This document shows, one piece after another, positions 1 through 13,022 of a stretch of 64,000 nt of DNA (positions within the stretch are counted from its first letter, which is position 1; the number at the start of each line of letters is the position of its first letter). The position numbers and the translations under genes are program-made. The DNA comes from Stegostoma tigrinum (lineage: Eukaryota), in NCBI RefSeq assembly GCF_030684315.1, contig NC_081372.1, positions 21,419,869 to 21,483,868 on the forward strand, given 5' to 3'. The notes under the pieces were generated by a model that was not told the origin of the DNA, ran no database searches, and saw only the letters and a program-made list of their open reading frames with translations.

Positions 1-149
1 TAACCAGTGCACTTCATTAAATACTAAAGAAACAGTAACTCCTCTGATACTAGAATAATACCAGGACTTGCTAAGATGATGTTAGATGGCCAAAATGCCA
101 ATAGCTAGAAATGAAGGAGGGGAAAGGAGGAAAAAATTGATATCAACTG

Positions 150-1290
150 TGTTTATTTTTGCACTCATGGGCTGGTCTTCTCTGTCATTGCGGATTGGGA
201 TATTTGTGGATTCCCTTCCTCTTGTAAGTTTTTAATTGTCTACTGTCACAAGATATGGCAGGACTGCGCAGCGTAGATCTGATCTCCTGATTGTGGATTG
301 ATTAGCTCTCTATACTGCACTCTGCTTTTATGTGTTGGAATTCAAATAATCCTGTGTTTTAGTTTAACAATCTAGCATGTCCTTCTGCAATCTTCCTTGA
401 ACCAGGGTTAATCTCTCAACTTAATGGCCTGATAAGGTGGGAGATATGTCAGATCCTGAGATTACACATTGTCATTGTTGCTGCCACTAGCCCATAGTAC
501 CATGTGGATGCCCAGTTTAGTGCTGCTGATCTATTTTAAGCCCTTGTCTTGATGAGGACTGTGAAGTAGTCACTCTTACCTGCACAGTTGTAGTAGATGC
601 TTCTGCAATTGACAGATTGGTAAGAATCAGGAGCAGTAAGTTTTTTTCCCCTCTTGTTGGTTCAATCACCATATTTTATGATCCATCAAATAGGTATGTC
701 ACTCAGGATGCAGTCAGTTCACTTAGTAGGCTCAGTCACTCTTGATGATGGACATTGATAGTCCATCATCCTAGTCTGCCTACATTTTGTGCCCTTTACT
801 ACTCAAGCTTCCTTCAAGTGATATTCAAGGAAGAGGAGTACTGATTCATTTGCTGAGGGAGAGTGATAAATGGTAATCAAGAGGCATTTTCTTTCTCTAC
901 CTTTGACCTGATGCCATGAGACTTCATAGGGTCCAGAGTGAAATGTTGATGACTCTTAGGGTAACTCCTTCATGATTCACTTTCCAATATGATGCCACTT
1001 TTGCCGATAGCCCTGCTGATAGGACAGGATATAATTAGGAATGATAGTGATGGTGTCTTGGATATTGGCTGTAAGGCATGATTGTGTGGGTATGACTGTC
1101 TCAGGCTGTTGCTTGACTAGTCCGTGGGACAGCTTTCTCAATTTTTGCACTAGCCCCCAGGTATTAGCAAGGTTAACAGTGCTGTAAGTGCCGTTGTCAT
1201 TTCAGTGCCTAGGTTATTGCCAGGTAACCCATTTAGTTTCATTCCTTTTTGACATTTAACAATTGATGCAACTCAGTGGCTTAGAAGGCC
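150..1290 (-). mobile_element. Degenerate 5' part (5' UTR + APE endonuclease region) of a CR1/L2-superclade LINE, here called family B
   Basis: Colinear by eye with the family-B copy at about 22805-24080 (e.g. ggcaggactgcgcagcgtagatctgat vs ggcaggactgcagagcttagaactgat; caactcagtggcttagaaggcc vs caactgagtggcttgccaggcc). Confidence 0.75.
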
Positions 1291-1294
1291 TTTT

Positions 1295-2208
1295 TTTAAA
1301 ATTCATTCATGCATTTATTACCCATTTCCTACCTTCCCTTAAGAAAGTGGTGCTGAGCTACATTCTTGAACCACTGCAGTCCATTTGGTGTAGGTAGCCC
1401 TATTTTCCATTAGGAACGGAATTCCAGAGTTCTTACCCAGTGACACAGAAGAAGTGGTGATATATTTCTAAGACGATGATGAATGCCTTGGAGGGCAGCT
1501 TGTAGGTGATGGTTTTCTCATGCATCTGTTGCCCATCTTTCTCCAGATGACAGCAGTCATGAGTTTGGAAGGTGTTTTTGCAGGAGATTTGGTGAATCTA
1601 TCTACTGCGGCTTGTAAATGGTACATTGTGCTACAATTGAGCAGAAGAGATTGAGGGAGTCAATGTTTGTGGATGTGCCATCCAATCAGCTACTTTGTCT
1701 TGCATGGTGTCAAGCTTCTTGAGTGTTGTTAGGGTTTCTAACATTCAGGCAAGTGGGGAGCATCCCATCATACTCCTGACTTGTGTTTTGTAAATGGTGG
1801 ACAGACTTTAGGGACATGGTTGATGACTTACTCATTTCAAGAATTCTATCCTCTGACCTGCTCTTGTAGCCACAGTATTTATATAGCTAGGCCAGTTCAG
1901 TTTCTGGTCAATGGTAACCACCAAGATGTTGATAGTGAGGAATTCAGTGATGATAAAGTCATTTAATGTCAAAGGAAATGGTTAGACTCTCTCTCATTGG
2001 ATATGATAATTGCCTGGCTTGGCACTTGTTAGCCCAACCTAGCATATTATTGAGGTATTGCTGCATTTAGGCATGGACTGCTTCAGTATCTAAGGAGCTG
2101 CAAATGATGCTGAATATTGTGTAGTCACCAGTAACACCCCCAATTCTGATCTTATGATGGAGGGGAGGTCATTGATGAAAGAGCTGAAGATGTTTGGGTC
2201 AAGGACAC
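1295..2208 (-). mobile_element. 5'-truncated family-B LINE (RT C-terminus + 3' tail)
   Basis: Colinear with 20130-21065 (ggtgtcaagcttcttgagtgttgtt, ggtggacagacttt, ggaggtcattgatgaa). Begins with the reverse-complement tail tttaaaattcattcat. Confidence 0.8.
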
Positions 2209-2294
2209 TTTTTAGATGGTAGATAAAAGTTAGCCACGATGTTGTGCTTCTGGAGTTATATGTAGCCAGATTAGGCTAGGACTGCAAACCATGA

Positions 2295-2447
2295 AATGAC
2301 AGCACCAATCCAAGGAAACCTAAACAGATAAATAGAAAGCGGGACATAACACCAGCGCTTCATCGGAGGCTCACTGATGATGTTACCTAGAATCGTGACG
2401 AAACGTCTGAAAACTAACCTTCCAGCTCAGCAAGCAAACTCACATCC
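2295..2447 (+). mobile_element. Penelope-like element terminal-repeat fragment containing a hammerhead motif
   Basis: CpG-retaining short segment with CTGATGA...GAAACGTC. Minimal type I hammerheads are an established feature of Penelope pseudo-LTRs. Confidence 0.65.
2371..2410 (+). ncRNA. Minimal type I hammerhead ribozyme motif, intact core
   Basis: Stem I TCA (2371-73)/TGA (2408-10); core CTGATGA (2374-80); stem II GTTAC/GTGAC around a short loop; GAAA (2400-03); palindromic ACGT stem III; GTC cleavage triplet (2405-07). Confidence 0.7.
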
Positions 2448-3451
2448 TCAATCTTATCTCCTTGCATGTGTCTCAAATCTTATTTCACTCCTTGTAAACT
2501 TGTCTAAAAAGTAATTTGACTTTAGTGTTTTTCATTTCCTGATTGGCTTTCTGTGAGAATCTTTTGATGTGTTCTTTGAGCAGCTTGATCACATCACTAT
2601 ATGCTGGGAGTACCCATTAAATTATGCTCCAATCAATTGCACACTGAGAAAATTACAATTCTTGCCACAGAGATTACTAGATATCTCATTGCAACGCTCT
2701 TCCAGGTTAGCAGTGAGTACTCTTGCCACCAACCACGACATCTGGGGCCAAACCAATATTCATCAATAGATCAGTAAATTGACATTGATAATAGCAAGTT
2801 TCACTATTAACACTTCCCTGATAAACCGATAAAATAACATTCTCTAATAGCTAAAAATAATATCCGTTGTTATTTCAATCAAATAACGCTCAGTGACAAC
2901 CATAAATTACATTCACTAATGACAATACAGAGGTCAATCTAAATATTATAATTTACACAATGACAATTCTCTTTTAAATTGAAAATGAAATTTGTTACAT
3001 CAGGAATGTGCCATAAAAAGTACAAGAAATTCAGGGTTCTGTACTCTAAGCAGGAATTAATTTTCACAGAGACATACATAAAAAAAATTTATGGTGGAAA
3101 TATCTTTTTAAAATCTATAAAGTTTATAAGCAAAAGTGTGGACAGGCTTTTTGAAGCATGGTTTGGAGAGGCCAGCCTTCTGGGTGCCAAAACTGTGGTG
3201 ACGCTTGATCAGAATTTTCCAACGATCTGCGAATCCTGCATGGACTGGAACATAATGAGTAACTTAATGGAAAGTCGCTGGTGAACTGCTTTCATTATTT
3301 CTCGCATTAATGTCAATGGATGATCAGGGAAAGCAAAAGCCAATTTTCAAAGAGTTGTCCATTGCCTGAGTGAACTACTGGTGGAGCCAGCTGTACGCTT
3401 TGTATTTCCTTCAATGTACTGAGGAGGTGTGATTTTTGAAAAGTTTATTGA

Positions 3452-3585
3452 AGCAAAATACTCTGGAAGTTGGAAATCTGAAACAAAAGCAGAAAAATGC
3501 TGAACATACTCTGCAGGTCAAGCAATACCTATGGAGAGAAGAATGAAGTTGATGATTTAAATCAATGATATTTTATCAGACCTTT
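3452..3585 (-). repeat. Degenerate copy of the short Penelope-terminus-like repeat
   Basis: ggaaatctgaaacaaaagcagaaaaatgctgaacatactctgcaggtca...ggagagaag matches copies at 11283 and 18820; hammerhead portion decayed. Confidence 0.6.
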
Positions 3586-3689
3586 TAAAGATTTACTGGT
3601 GCTATGTTTTAGCTTGTTCCATTCTAGACGTTCAGCAAATTTGAAGGGATTATGTGTCTAGTCTTAAAGAGCATTCTTCCCACAAGCAA

Positions 3690-3905
3690 TACATTATAAT
3701 ATCTGAAGAGTTTAGAAAGAGAGGGTCATAGTTTCAGAAAAAGCCACAGTCCATTTAAAACTGAAGAAGGGAGAACTTCCTTCACTCAGGGCTGTGGATG
3801 CTCAGTCATTGAGTATATTTAGATGAGATGGGTGGATTTTGATTGATGGGGAGCAGGCTCAAAGGGCCATACAGCCTGCTCATGCTCCTATTTCTTGCGT
3901 TCTTT
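3690..3905 (+). mobile_element. CR1 LINE 3' end relic
   Basis: gagggtcatagtttcag...ccatttaaaactga...ttcactcagggctgtgg...aaagggccatacagcctgctcatgctcctatttctt resembles the 3' ends of the other CR1 copies here. Confidence 0.6.
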
Positions 3906-6147
3906 ATTCCATAATACAATCTATAAACTACTGACAACATAACAACCTCATTTCCATTACACCAGAAATTAAGCATTGGAAACGTCTGGCACATTAGTGA
4001 CACAATGATCATATCAACACCAAGCAGCACTATTCCAGGGAACAGGCAAATTCCTACAAATAACATTAAAAAATTCAACACACTTCACTTCCTTTTATAC
4101 TTTATGGCTTCTATAATTCTTTCTTATTCCTAATTCCTAAAGCTATATTGTTGTAAAAACGTTCCATTACTAACATCAACATACCCCATGCTGCCCATTA
4201 CTTTTTCAAATACAAACAGGGAAAACAAAATGGTAGCATGTACACCTTATGACAACTTATGATGCCTGAGTTATGCATGCTTTTTTAAAATGTGAACTTG
4301 TTTCTGAACAAGGTTGTTTTATTTAACACAACTATATTTACAAAACTGCTGTACGGAGCAAACAGTATTTGTGTAACAAAGGGAGAACTTCATTTTGAGT
4401 GGTTCTCTACTGGTCTGGAGCTGATGTTTGCACAATTTTTACAGCAATTCATGTGAAAAATTGTTTATATTAGCTCAGGATGTTGCATACCCCATACCTC
4501 TGTAGTTTTAAATGTGCAGTACAACCGGTCTCCATCACTGGATTATATTGGATCGCTAATAAAACAATGTAAATCCTATAAGGTTATCAACCCCAATTTA
4601 AGTACTTAGAACATTCATTTTGAATTTCAATCATTCTCTCTTGTTTCCCTATGAGATTAACTGTCATTTACAGTTTTAAATCATATATTTTTCAGAAAAA
4701 GTAGGAACAATATATTATCAATTCTTAAGAGATTTAGCCCCTTTAATGTGCATCTAAACATGGATACAATAGGCTTCTACCATGAATGAAATTTTTGTTA
4801 TTGAGTTTTGCTACATAAAAAACAATGACTACGACTGTTAAATTTAATACATGCACACAGTGCTGCTCATAATGTCTATTTTTTCACAATATCCATACTG
4901 TACTAAACTGAGCAGAAACAGCTGCATTTGACTTTAACACTTCTTACATACTACAGCTTTGCTTTAGCAACAAAATTGTGGGTGATTTAATGGTACCTGT
5001 AATATGCTTGTCTGGAAAGGGCTTTAGTTTCTCAGCTACTTTAATTGGATTCTATATTTGGACAGTGTACAATTGCACCTTGTTTGCTTTACACAGCCAA
5101 TTGTCTGACGGCCAAATGACATAATTCTAGCAATTCATTTCATACAGAAACATGCAGGCAAATCCCATGTGTGCTTGTCTAATGCAAAGGGTTGAGGTTG
5201 TCAGAAAAGCTACACACATGCAAATTAACTGTATTAACTCAAATTGCATAAGTCAGGACCACAAGGTTTCATAAAAACTGCTGGATTCAGTTAAAGACTG
5301 CAATACTCAAGAGCAATGTTAGAGATTCATATTTCTGAGGAAAATATTAATTCACCTATTGACCTCATCACTGTTATTTGAAAGAAAAACACACCCTAAT
5401 GTAATGGATGGTATGTAGGAAAGTAATTGCATAGTAAAATTTTAGTTACCATTGACACAACTGACTGCAAAGAAAAATTATACATCTTAAATATTATTCA
5501 TTTATTTCACAGATCTTAACAGCATTCGACACAAGTTTTATTAAAATGTGGATGCAATAGCAATTTATAGATATGTTGCATTGCAGTTATTATTAAAGGT
5601 AATAATATATTGACTTCACTCAAGTGCTGTAATGTTACTCAGGTTTCTTCATCATGAACCAGGAGGAAAATTTGTGAAATAGTTTCAATCAAATCACATT
5701 CGATTAACTTTCTTCAATGTTTGTAAGGCTTGTTTTATTCAAAAATGATGCTGTCAATTACCATTTAAAGCTGCTCACCAATAAGCAGCAATCATGGAGA
5801 AACTTTCTAGTCAATGCAAACCATTTATTTTAAGGCTTAAAATTAGGGTATGCCATATCTCATAATGACACTTTGCAGGTGATCCTCCATAATGGGCCAG
5901 ACGGCAAAATATGCCATGTGGTGTGGTACTAAACTAAGCTTACCGTTCCAGATACTAAATTTACCCTGCATTGCAAGAATATAAAGAGGAAAGAGAGAAA
6001 TTCTGATCCTGGTCTCTAATCAGCAGATTTTGCAGGAATTAAATGTACAAGGCATCTGCTAAGAAAGGCCAGTCTGTGATTCACTACCTCTGGCCAAACA
6101 GTTTCCTGACATTGGAAACGAGCGCAGAAGTTACTGTGAAAAGTCAA

Positions 6148-7235
6148 CGGGGGAATGGAATTGTGGGAGATATAGCAGTTTGGATCGGAAATTGGCTTGC
6201 TGCAAGAAGACAGAGGGAAATGTTCATCCTGGAGACCAGTTACTAGTGGTGTACCACAAGGGTCGGTGTTGGGTCCACTGTTGTTTGTCATTTTTATAAA
6301 TGACCTGGATGAGGGTGTAGAAGGATGGGTTAGTAAATTTGCAGACAACACTAAGGTCGGTGGAGTTGTGGATAGTGACAAAGGATGCTGTTGATTATAG
6401 AGAGACATAGATAAGCTGCAGAGCTGGGCTGAGAGGTGGCAAATGGAGTTCAATGCAGACAAGAGTGAGGTGATGCGCTTTGGTAGGAGTAACCAGAAGG
6501 CAAAGTACAGGGCTAATGGTAAGATTCTTAGTAGTGTAGATGAGCAGAGAGATCTCAGTGTCCATGTACACAGATCCTTGAAAGTTGCCAACCAGGTTGA
6601 CAGGGCTGTTAAGAAGGCATACAGTGTTTTAGCTTTTATTAATAGAGGGATCAAGTGCCGGAACGAAGAGGTTATGGTGAAGCTGTACAAAACTCTGGTG
6701 CGGCCGCACTTGGAGTTTTGTGTACAGTTCTGGTCACCGCATTATAAGAAGGATGTGGAAGCTTTGGAAAGGGTGCAGAGGAGATTTACTAGGATGTGGC
6801 CTGGTATGGAGGGAAGGTCTTACGAGGAAAGGCTGAGGGACTTGAGGCTGTTTTCGTTAGAGAGAAGAAGGTTGAGAGGTGACTTAATTGAGACATATAA
6901 AATAATCAGAGGGTTAGATAGGGTGGATAGGGAGAGCCTTTTTCCTAGGATGGCAACGGTGAGCACAAGAGGGCATAGCTTTAAATTGAGGGGTGAAAGA
7001 TCTAGGACAGATGTCAGAGGTAGTTTCTTTACTCAGAGAGTAGTAAGGGAATGGAACGCTTTGCCTGCAACGGTAGTAGATTCGCCAACTTTGGATACAT
7101 TTAAGTCGTCATTGGATAAGCATATGGACGTACATGGAATAGTGTAGGTTAGATTGGCTTGAGATCGGTATGACAGGTCGGCAGGACATTGAGGGCCGAA
7201 GGGCCTGTACTGTGCTGTAATGTTCTATGTTCTAT
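6148..7235 (+). mobile_element. Young 5'-truncated CR1 (HER1-like) LINE
   Basis: RT motifs [11 protein letters not shown] and FADN (6197-6394); intact 234-aa ORF2 C-terminus at 6443-7147 (LVRPHLEFCVQFWSP); tail gggccgaagggcctgtactgtgctgtaatgttctatgttctat. Confidence 0.92.
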
Positions 7236-7390
7236 ATCTGGCAGCATCTGAGGAGAGAAAACAGCCAACATTAAAGGGTCACTGGACTGAAATATTAACA
7301 TTGCTTTCTGTCCACAGATACTGCTGCATTTTCCCTGTAGTTTCTGTGTTTGCTTCTGATTTCTAGTATCTGTATTTCTTTGGCTTTTTA
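7236..7390. repeat. Inverted (back-to-back) pair of short Penelope-terminus-like repeat halves
   Basis: ggcagcatctgaggagagaaaac followed by aagggtcactggactgaaatattaac...gctttctgtccacagatactgc; the two arms are approximate reverse complements. Confidence 0.6.
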
Positions 7391-8317
7391 AGTTGCTGAC
7401 ATTGATAGTCCTGGTTCATTGTATGGGGTGGACACTTAAATAAGCTACTAGAAATCTCCTGTATGAGAAATCAAAGTCCAGCATCAATCGCAAATATGAA
7501 GAAAAATGTGTAAAAGGGATAAAAATCTGACAGAAAGTTTAAAAAAAAGAAGATGCAGAGCTAGTCATTTGCAGACTCTGATCAAACACTGAAAATGGCA
7601 GTACGGGACATTAAAACATGATTAAAATCATGTAATCATAAGTAATTTACAGCAAACAGCGTTAGAATGATTCTGCTTTGAGAAAAGAATTAAAGTAAGA
7701 ATACTTTAGAAAATAAAGGATCTAATGATATAAATTTCTCTTTTTTTACTACATTAGAGATAGTTTGCAAACAGAGTCAGATGAATATACTTATTTTCCA
7801 TGTACAACAGGAGGCTGAAAATGAAACAAACACAGCAGTGAAGTGCAAACTCTAAGTCCAGGTTCCTGAACATGACTTTGTTATGATGAGGTGAGGAAGG
7901 TTCAAATGGATCTCCTCTTTTCCCACTCCTCATTTGACTGCAACAGCTTGTTTGAACAGGAAATTCTTGCCAATTCAGTGAGGGTTTAACTGTTTATGCT
8001 GACTGTAATCAAGCAGTTTTTCTTGAGTTTTTAAAAAAGTGGATAGTTTTCTTGTACTTAAACTTAGCTATTATTTTTTACTTTTTTGTGAAGCACCTTT
8101 AGTGTTTTCTTTCCAATGTTAAAGATTCCATATAAATACAAAATAAATTTATCACCCCATCTGACCCCATTTCACAGGTATTTGGTACATATTTATTAAT
8201 TTTATATTTACTTATATTTGTTCTTGTCTCCCTCTGTGTAATCCCATGTGACATCAACTAGCCTTGGGTAAAAATGTCTTCATTTTTATATCATGTATTT
8301 TGATTTTATTACAGTAC

Positions 8318-8445
8318 AATAACTTGCATTTATAAGGTTCCATTAACATAAAGAACATCCTAAAGCACTTCAGTGACAGAAAATAGTTGGGCCCTGAGGT
8401 AGGAAGGAAAGTGTTAGGGAAGACCTCATCAAAGAGATGGTTACG
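8318..8445 (-). mobile_element. L2-type LINE 3' tail relic
   Basis: aacttgcatttata...aacatcctaaagcacttca resembles the reverse complement of an L2/DeuSINE-type 3' tail and the copy at 34858. Confidence 0.45.
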
Positions 8446-9804
8446 TTTTTATATATGAATATATTGAAATGATCCTTCTCTCCTTTTACTTTATAATGTT
8501 TTGCTTTATTTATAGGAGATTTACGAATCTGGAGAGGGGGGAGACTATCCGGAATTTCTGTCTGTGCATTGTGGAGGTAGCCTTGCTAACAATATAGAGT
8601 TTGGGTTAAATGATGCTCAAAAATAATTCCGCAATAGATTGCATCAAAATTGGTGTAGGGTGCATTTTTTAATGGTATGTTCTGCATATTGCCTTTGGAG
8701 CTTGCCATAAATTATGCAGATTTTTATCTTTATGGGAATATCTTTCTTTTACTTTGATGCAGCACAGAATTCTGCATAACCAGCATTAAACAACCCAAAA
8801 ACTTAACTTCACCTGAATAATATGGTATCACATGCTACTTCGGCCATATGGTTTGCTTTTTTGTCTGATTTTACCGTTTACCTCAATTATCTTTATGCTT
8901 TTATCCTGGAGGGCTCTTTTAAAATTATTACATAGTACCTTCAGTTTATAGAGACAGTAACAAGTTGAATTAGTGAGTATTTTGCTCTCTATGAAACTGG
9001 GCTTTGCTCACCTGAAGGTTCAGGGATCAATCCCCAGGCTTTGCTATATTAGTTGATGCCAGGAGAGGAGTACTAAGGGCAAAACAAATGGCTTCAGACC
9101 TTCTGGCATAAGTATGTAGTGAAGCCGGACACAAAGAGTGGAGGAAAAATTGTTTATTCATGGCTGCCTGATATGATACAAAACAAAAAAAAACAAATTT
9201 TAAAGTACACAGCAACTATATCTTTAAGCTTTCGTAATTTTTTTTGATGGCAACTACCTTATTTTAGGCTCCATACCACTTTCCAAGAGACCTCTTCTGA
9301 CATATTCAACAGCACACATCAGGATTTCTAATGGAAAGTCTAATACAGAATAGGAGTCGTAAATTATTTGCAAGAGAAACAACTATTGAATTTGATAGTA
9401 GTCAGGAAACACCAGAGGTACATGCCTCCAACTTGCCCAGAAACATTCAGATGAGCCTAACTTATGGAATTTGCAAAGGTTTATTCCCCCTCCATCTTGC
9501 CAAGTTGTTTCATTCCTACTTCAATTATGTTCTATCCATTTTCCAAATCTTTAGCCCACATTTCCTCAGCTGACTGAGATGATCATAGAATCCCAGCCGA
9601 CACCTTCACTACTTTCTAGTTTTTTTTAATCATGAGAAAGTAGACCAGCATTACATACCAAGGAGTACCCCCCATGACATTTCTACAAGAAATTATGTTT
9701 CTGTTATGTTAGAGACAATAGCATGTATTTCTGACTGGTAGAATATAATTGGGAAGTTTGTATTTTTCTTTAAGTCAGAAGAGACACTACATAATAGTCT
9801 TATG

Positions 9805-11245
9805 GGAAACATAAGAACATAGCAATAAAGATTGGGATTGGACAATTTAGCCCATTCTGCTATTAAACATGATGGTGGCTGATCTTATCCTGGTCTCAAC
9901 TCCAGGCTCTTGCCTGCTCTCCACAGCCCTTTATCTGGCTTTTCATCAGAAACATATCTATAGCTTTCCTGAATTTGTGGATTGATTCTACGTCATTGCA
10001 CTCGGTGGCAATGAATTCCACAGATTCACAATCCTCTGAGAGAGGTAGTTTCTTGTCATCTCAGTTTTGAACCTACCTCTTCTTACTCTATATCTATGCT
10101 GCCCTCTTTTTCCGGACTGTCCCACAAGGGGCAACACCTTATAAATCCCTTTTAGCATTTTACATACCTCCACCAGATTCCCCCCTTATTCTTCTGAGCT
10201 CCAGCAAATGCGAGCCCAAGCTATTCAACTGTTCCTCATACAACAGCCCTACCATCCCCAGAATCAATCTGTTGAACCTCCCCTTAACTGCCTGCAGTGC
10301 CACCACATCAAGTAAGGAAACCAAAACTGGACACAGTACCTCAGGTATGGTCTCACTAACACCTTATCTAATTGTAACAACATTCCTCCATTTTTATAAT
10401 CGAGTCCTTTTGCAATAAATGCCAGGATTCCATTTGCCTTTCCCAGTACATGTTGCACCTGCATACCCACCTTCTGTGATTTATGCATGAAGATGCCCAG
10501 GTCCCTTTGCACTGATGCACTTTGAATCTGCTTCCCATTAATTAATAATTTGACTTTTTTTCGAGCCAAAATGGACAACCTCACACTTATTCACGTTAAA
10601 CTCCATCTAGCCCATTTTCCTAAACTATCAATATCCATCTGTAAACTTTTTATCTCCTCATCACATCCTACCTATTTTGGTATTATCTTTGAATCAGTCA
10701 GCCAATCCTTTGTCCAAGCCAATACTTTACCCTTAAGCCCTGGGATCGAGCCTTCTAGATCAGTCTTTCACGTGGCACATTGTCGGATGCCTTCTGGAAG
10801 TCTAGATATATCACATCCACTGGATCACCATTCTCCACCTTGCTGGTTAATCCTCAAAGAACTCCAGCAAGTTTGTCAAGCACAACTTGCCCTTCATGAA
10901 ACCGTGCTGACACTGGTGAATTGTTTTTCCACTTGTCCAGTTGTCTCCTCCTTTATGATTGATTCCAGCAACTTCCCCACTACAGAGGTCAAACTAGCTA
11001 GTCTATAGTTTCCCACATATTGTCTATCTCCTTTTTTGACTAAGGCCAACACATTAGCATGTTTCCAATCTATTCTTACCTTTCCAGCATCGATGGAATT
11101 TGAAATATCATAACTATTGCATTCATTATCTCTGCTGCCACCTCCCTACGGCATGAACCATTTACCCCCCCCCCCCCCACCCCCCCCCCCGAGACTTATC
11201 TGCCTTTAACCTCATCTGTTTACTTAATACCTTTGCTCTAGTTAT
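9805..11245 (-). mobile_element. Degenerate 5'-truncated CR1 LINE
   Basis: Minus-strand ORFs 10264-10584 (QRDLGI...LVRPYLRYCVQFWFP) and 9988-10173 (SQRIVNLWNSLP); tail aaacataagaacatag at the left end. Confidence 0.85.
11165..11190. repeat. Poly(C) homopolymer, C14-A-C11
   Basis: Seen directly; lies inside the CR1 relic. Confidence 0.9.
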
Positions 11246-11282
11246 GGAAAACTGGCTGAATTTTCAGGGGAACAAAAAAACA

Positions 11283-11423
11283 ACAAAGAACTGTGGGTGC
11301 TGGAAATCAGAAGCAGAAACAGAAATTGCTGGATAAACTGAGCAGATCTGACGGCATCTGTGGAGAGAAAGCAGAGTTAACATTTCCAGTCCAGTGACCC
11401 TTCTTCAGAACTCCAGTTCTGAG
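11283..11423 (-). repeat. Short Penelope-terminus-like repeat with hammerhead motif (11375-11412)
   Basis: Minus strand reads AGTT-CTGAAGA-agggtcactggactg-GAAA-TGTT-AACT. It ends in the palindrome tcagaact-cc-agttctga. Confidence 0.75.
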
Positions 11424-12352
11424 AATTTTCAGGGGTCTGTGCTGCCCGATTGAACTTGATAGCACATTGTCATGTCTTGGATTTCACTGAATATCTTATT
11501 GCATTGATATTATGTGTGAGTTAACATCTTTTCATATCATTATGCACCAACATATATCTATGATAAATCATTGGGACTGGTTGTTGATAAATAAAGAGCA
11601 TGACCTGAATCAGAGCATGGAGATTACTAATTTGTTAAAGAGATCTGTTTTTGGTCCACTTGGGCACATTCTACAGCCGACATTCATCTGGAAGTTATTT
11701 GTCCTTTTTGTCTAGTGTCTGGAGTCAATAGTGCAATATTTCTGTTGAAGCAGGAATCATGCGCAGAGGCACTTTTCAATCATTTTTTATTCAGTCTGAA
11801 ACATACAGCAAAGAACTCCTCTTGGCCACTCTTCAGCCAGCTTCCACTATCTTACAAACTTCATGTGAGGGCAACTCACAAAATAGAGAATTATTATGCA
11901 AAGGAATTGGAACCAACAAGATTTTCTGCTTTGGTTTATCATATAAAAGGCAGCTTTGTTCTCCAGGCATTGCAGGCTACTTTCGGTAGTTATGAAACAG
12001 ACAGACTTTACTGCTACTGACAATTTGAACCTCATTGTAATCTTAAGTAGAACTATCAGTTCTGCACTTATTTACTTCAAAGAAGTTTGTGATGTTGGGT
12101 AATGTTTGTACAAATGCCACCAGCCTGGTTGCTGACTTGACAACGGCACCCAACAAAGAAACAAGAAGTTACAGAGCCAAGAAAAAAACAATGACAGGCA
12201 AGATAAGCAAATACGTCCTGAATGATGAATAAATGTAAATGTATTACACTAGAAATTATTGCAGCAGAGCAGCTTGTCTAAAGAGCAGCATTTTTTTAAA
12301 CTGCTTCCTTTTGGTCATTTTATCTTTATGATTTAAATATGAGGAAACACTC

Positions 12353-13022
12353 TTTGCAGAGCACCTACGCTCGGTTCGCAATAAACAACTGCACCTCCCA
12401 GTCATGAACCATTTCTATTGCCCCTCCCATTCCTCAGAAGACATGTCCATCCTGGGCCTCCTGCAGTGCCACAATGATGCTATCTGAAGGTTACAGGAAC
12501 AGCAACTCATATTCAGCTTGGGAACCCTGCAGCCCAATAGTATCAATGTGGATTTCACAAGCTTCAAAATCTCCCCTCCCCCAACCGCATCCCAAAACCA
12601 GCACAGTTCGTCCTCGCCTCCCTAACCTGTTCCTCCTCTCAGCTATCCCCTCCTCCCACCTCAAGCCCTAACCCCATCTCCTACCTACTAACCTCATCCC
12701 ACTCCCTTGACCTATCCATCCTCCCTGGACTGACCTATCTCCTCCCTACCTCCCCACCTACACTCACCTTTACTGGCTCTACCCCCGCCTCTTTGACCTG
12801 TCTCTCTCCTCTCAACCTATCTTCTCCTCTATCCATCTTTTATCCGCCTCCCCCTCTCCCCCTATTTATTTCAGAATCCCCTTCCCTCCCCCATTTCTGA
12901 TGAAGGATCTAGGTCTGAAACATCAGCTTTCCTTCTCCTAAGATGCTGCTTGGCCTGCTGTGTTCATCCAGCTCTACACATTGTTATCTAAGATTCTCCA
13001 GCATCTGCTGTTCCTATTACCT
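12353..13022 (+). mobile_element. 5'-truncated Penelope-like retroelement: GIY-YIG endonuclease C-terminus, C/T-rich 3' UTR and terminal repeat with hammerhead motif
   Basis: Frame from 12353 reads FAEHLRSVRNKQLHLPVMNHF...MSILGLLQCHNDAI*RLQEQQLIFSLGTLQPNSINVDF, typical of the PLE endonuclease end. CTGATGA at 12897-12903 and GAAAC at 12917-21. Confidence 0.85.

Noticed and set aside
8516-8576. Exon-like segment on + (EIYESGEGGDYPEFLSVHCG)
   Set aside because: Good acceptor but weak donor (gtagcc), no partner exons and no recognisable homology.
11165-11190. Poly(C)/poly(G) tract as a functional G-quadruplex
   Set aside because: Lies inside a dead CR1; slippage or assembly error explains it.
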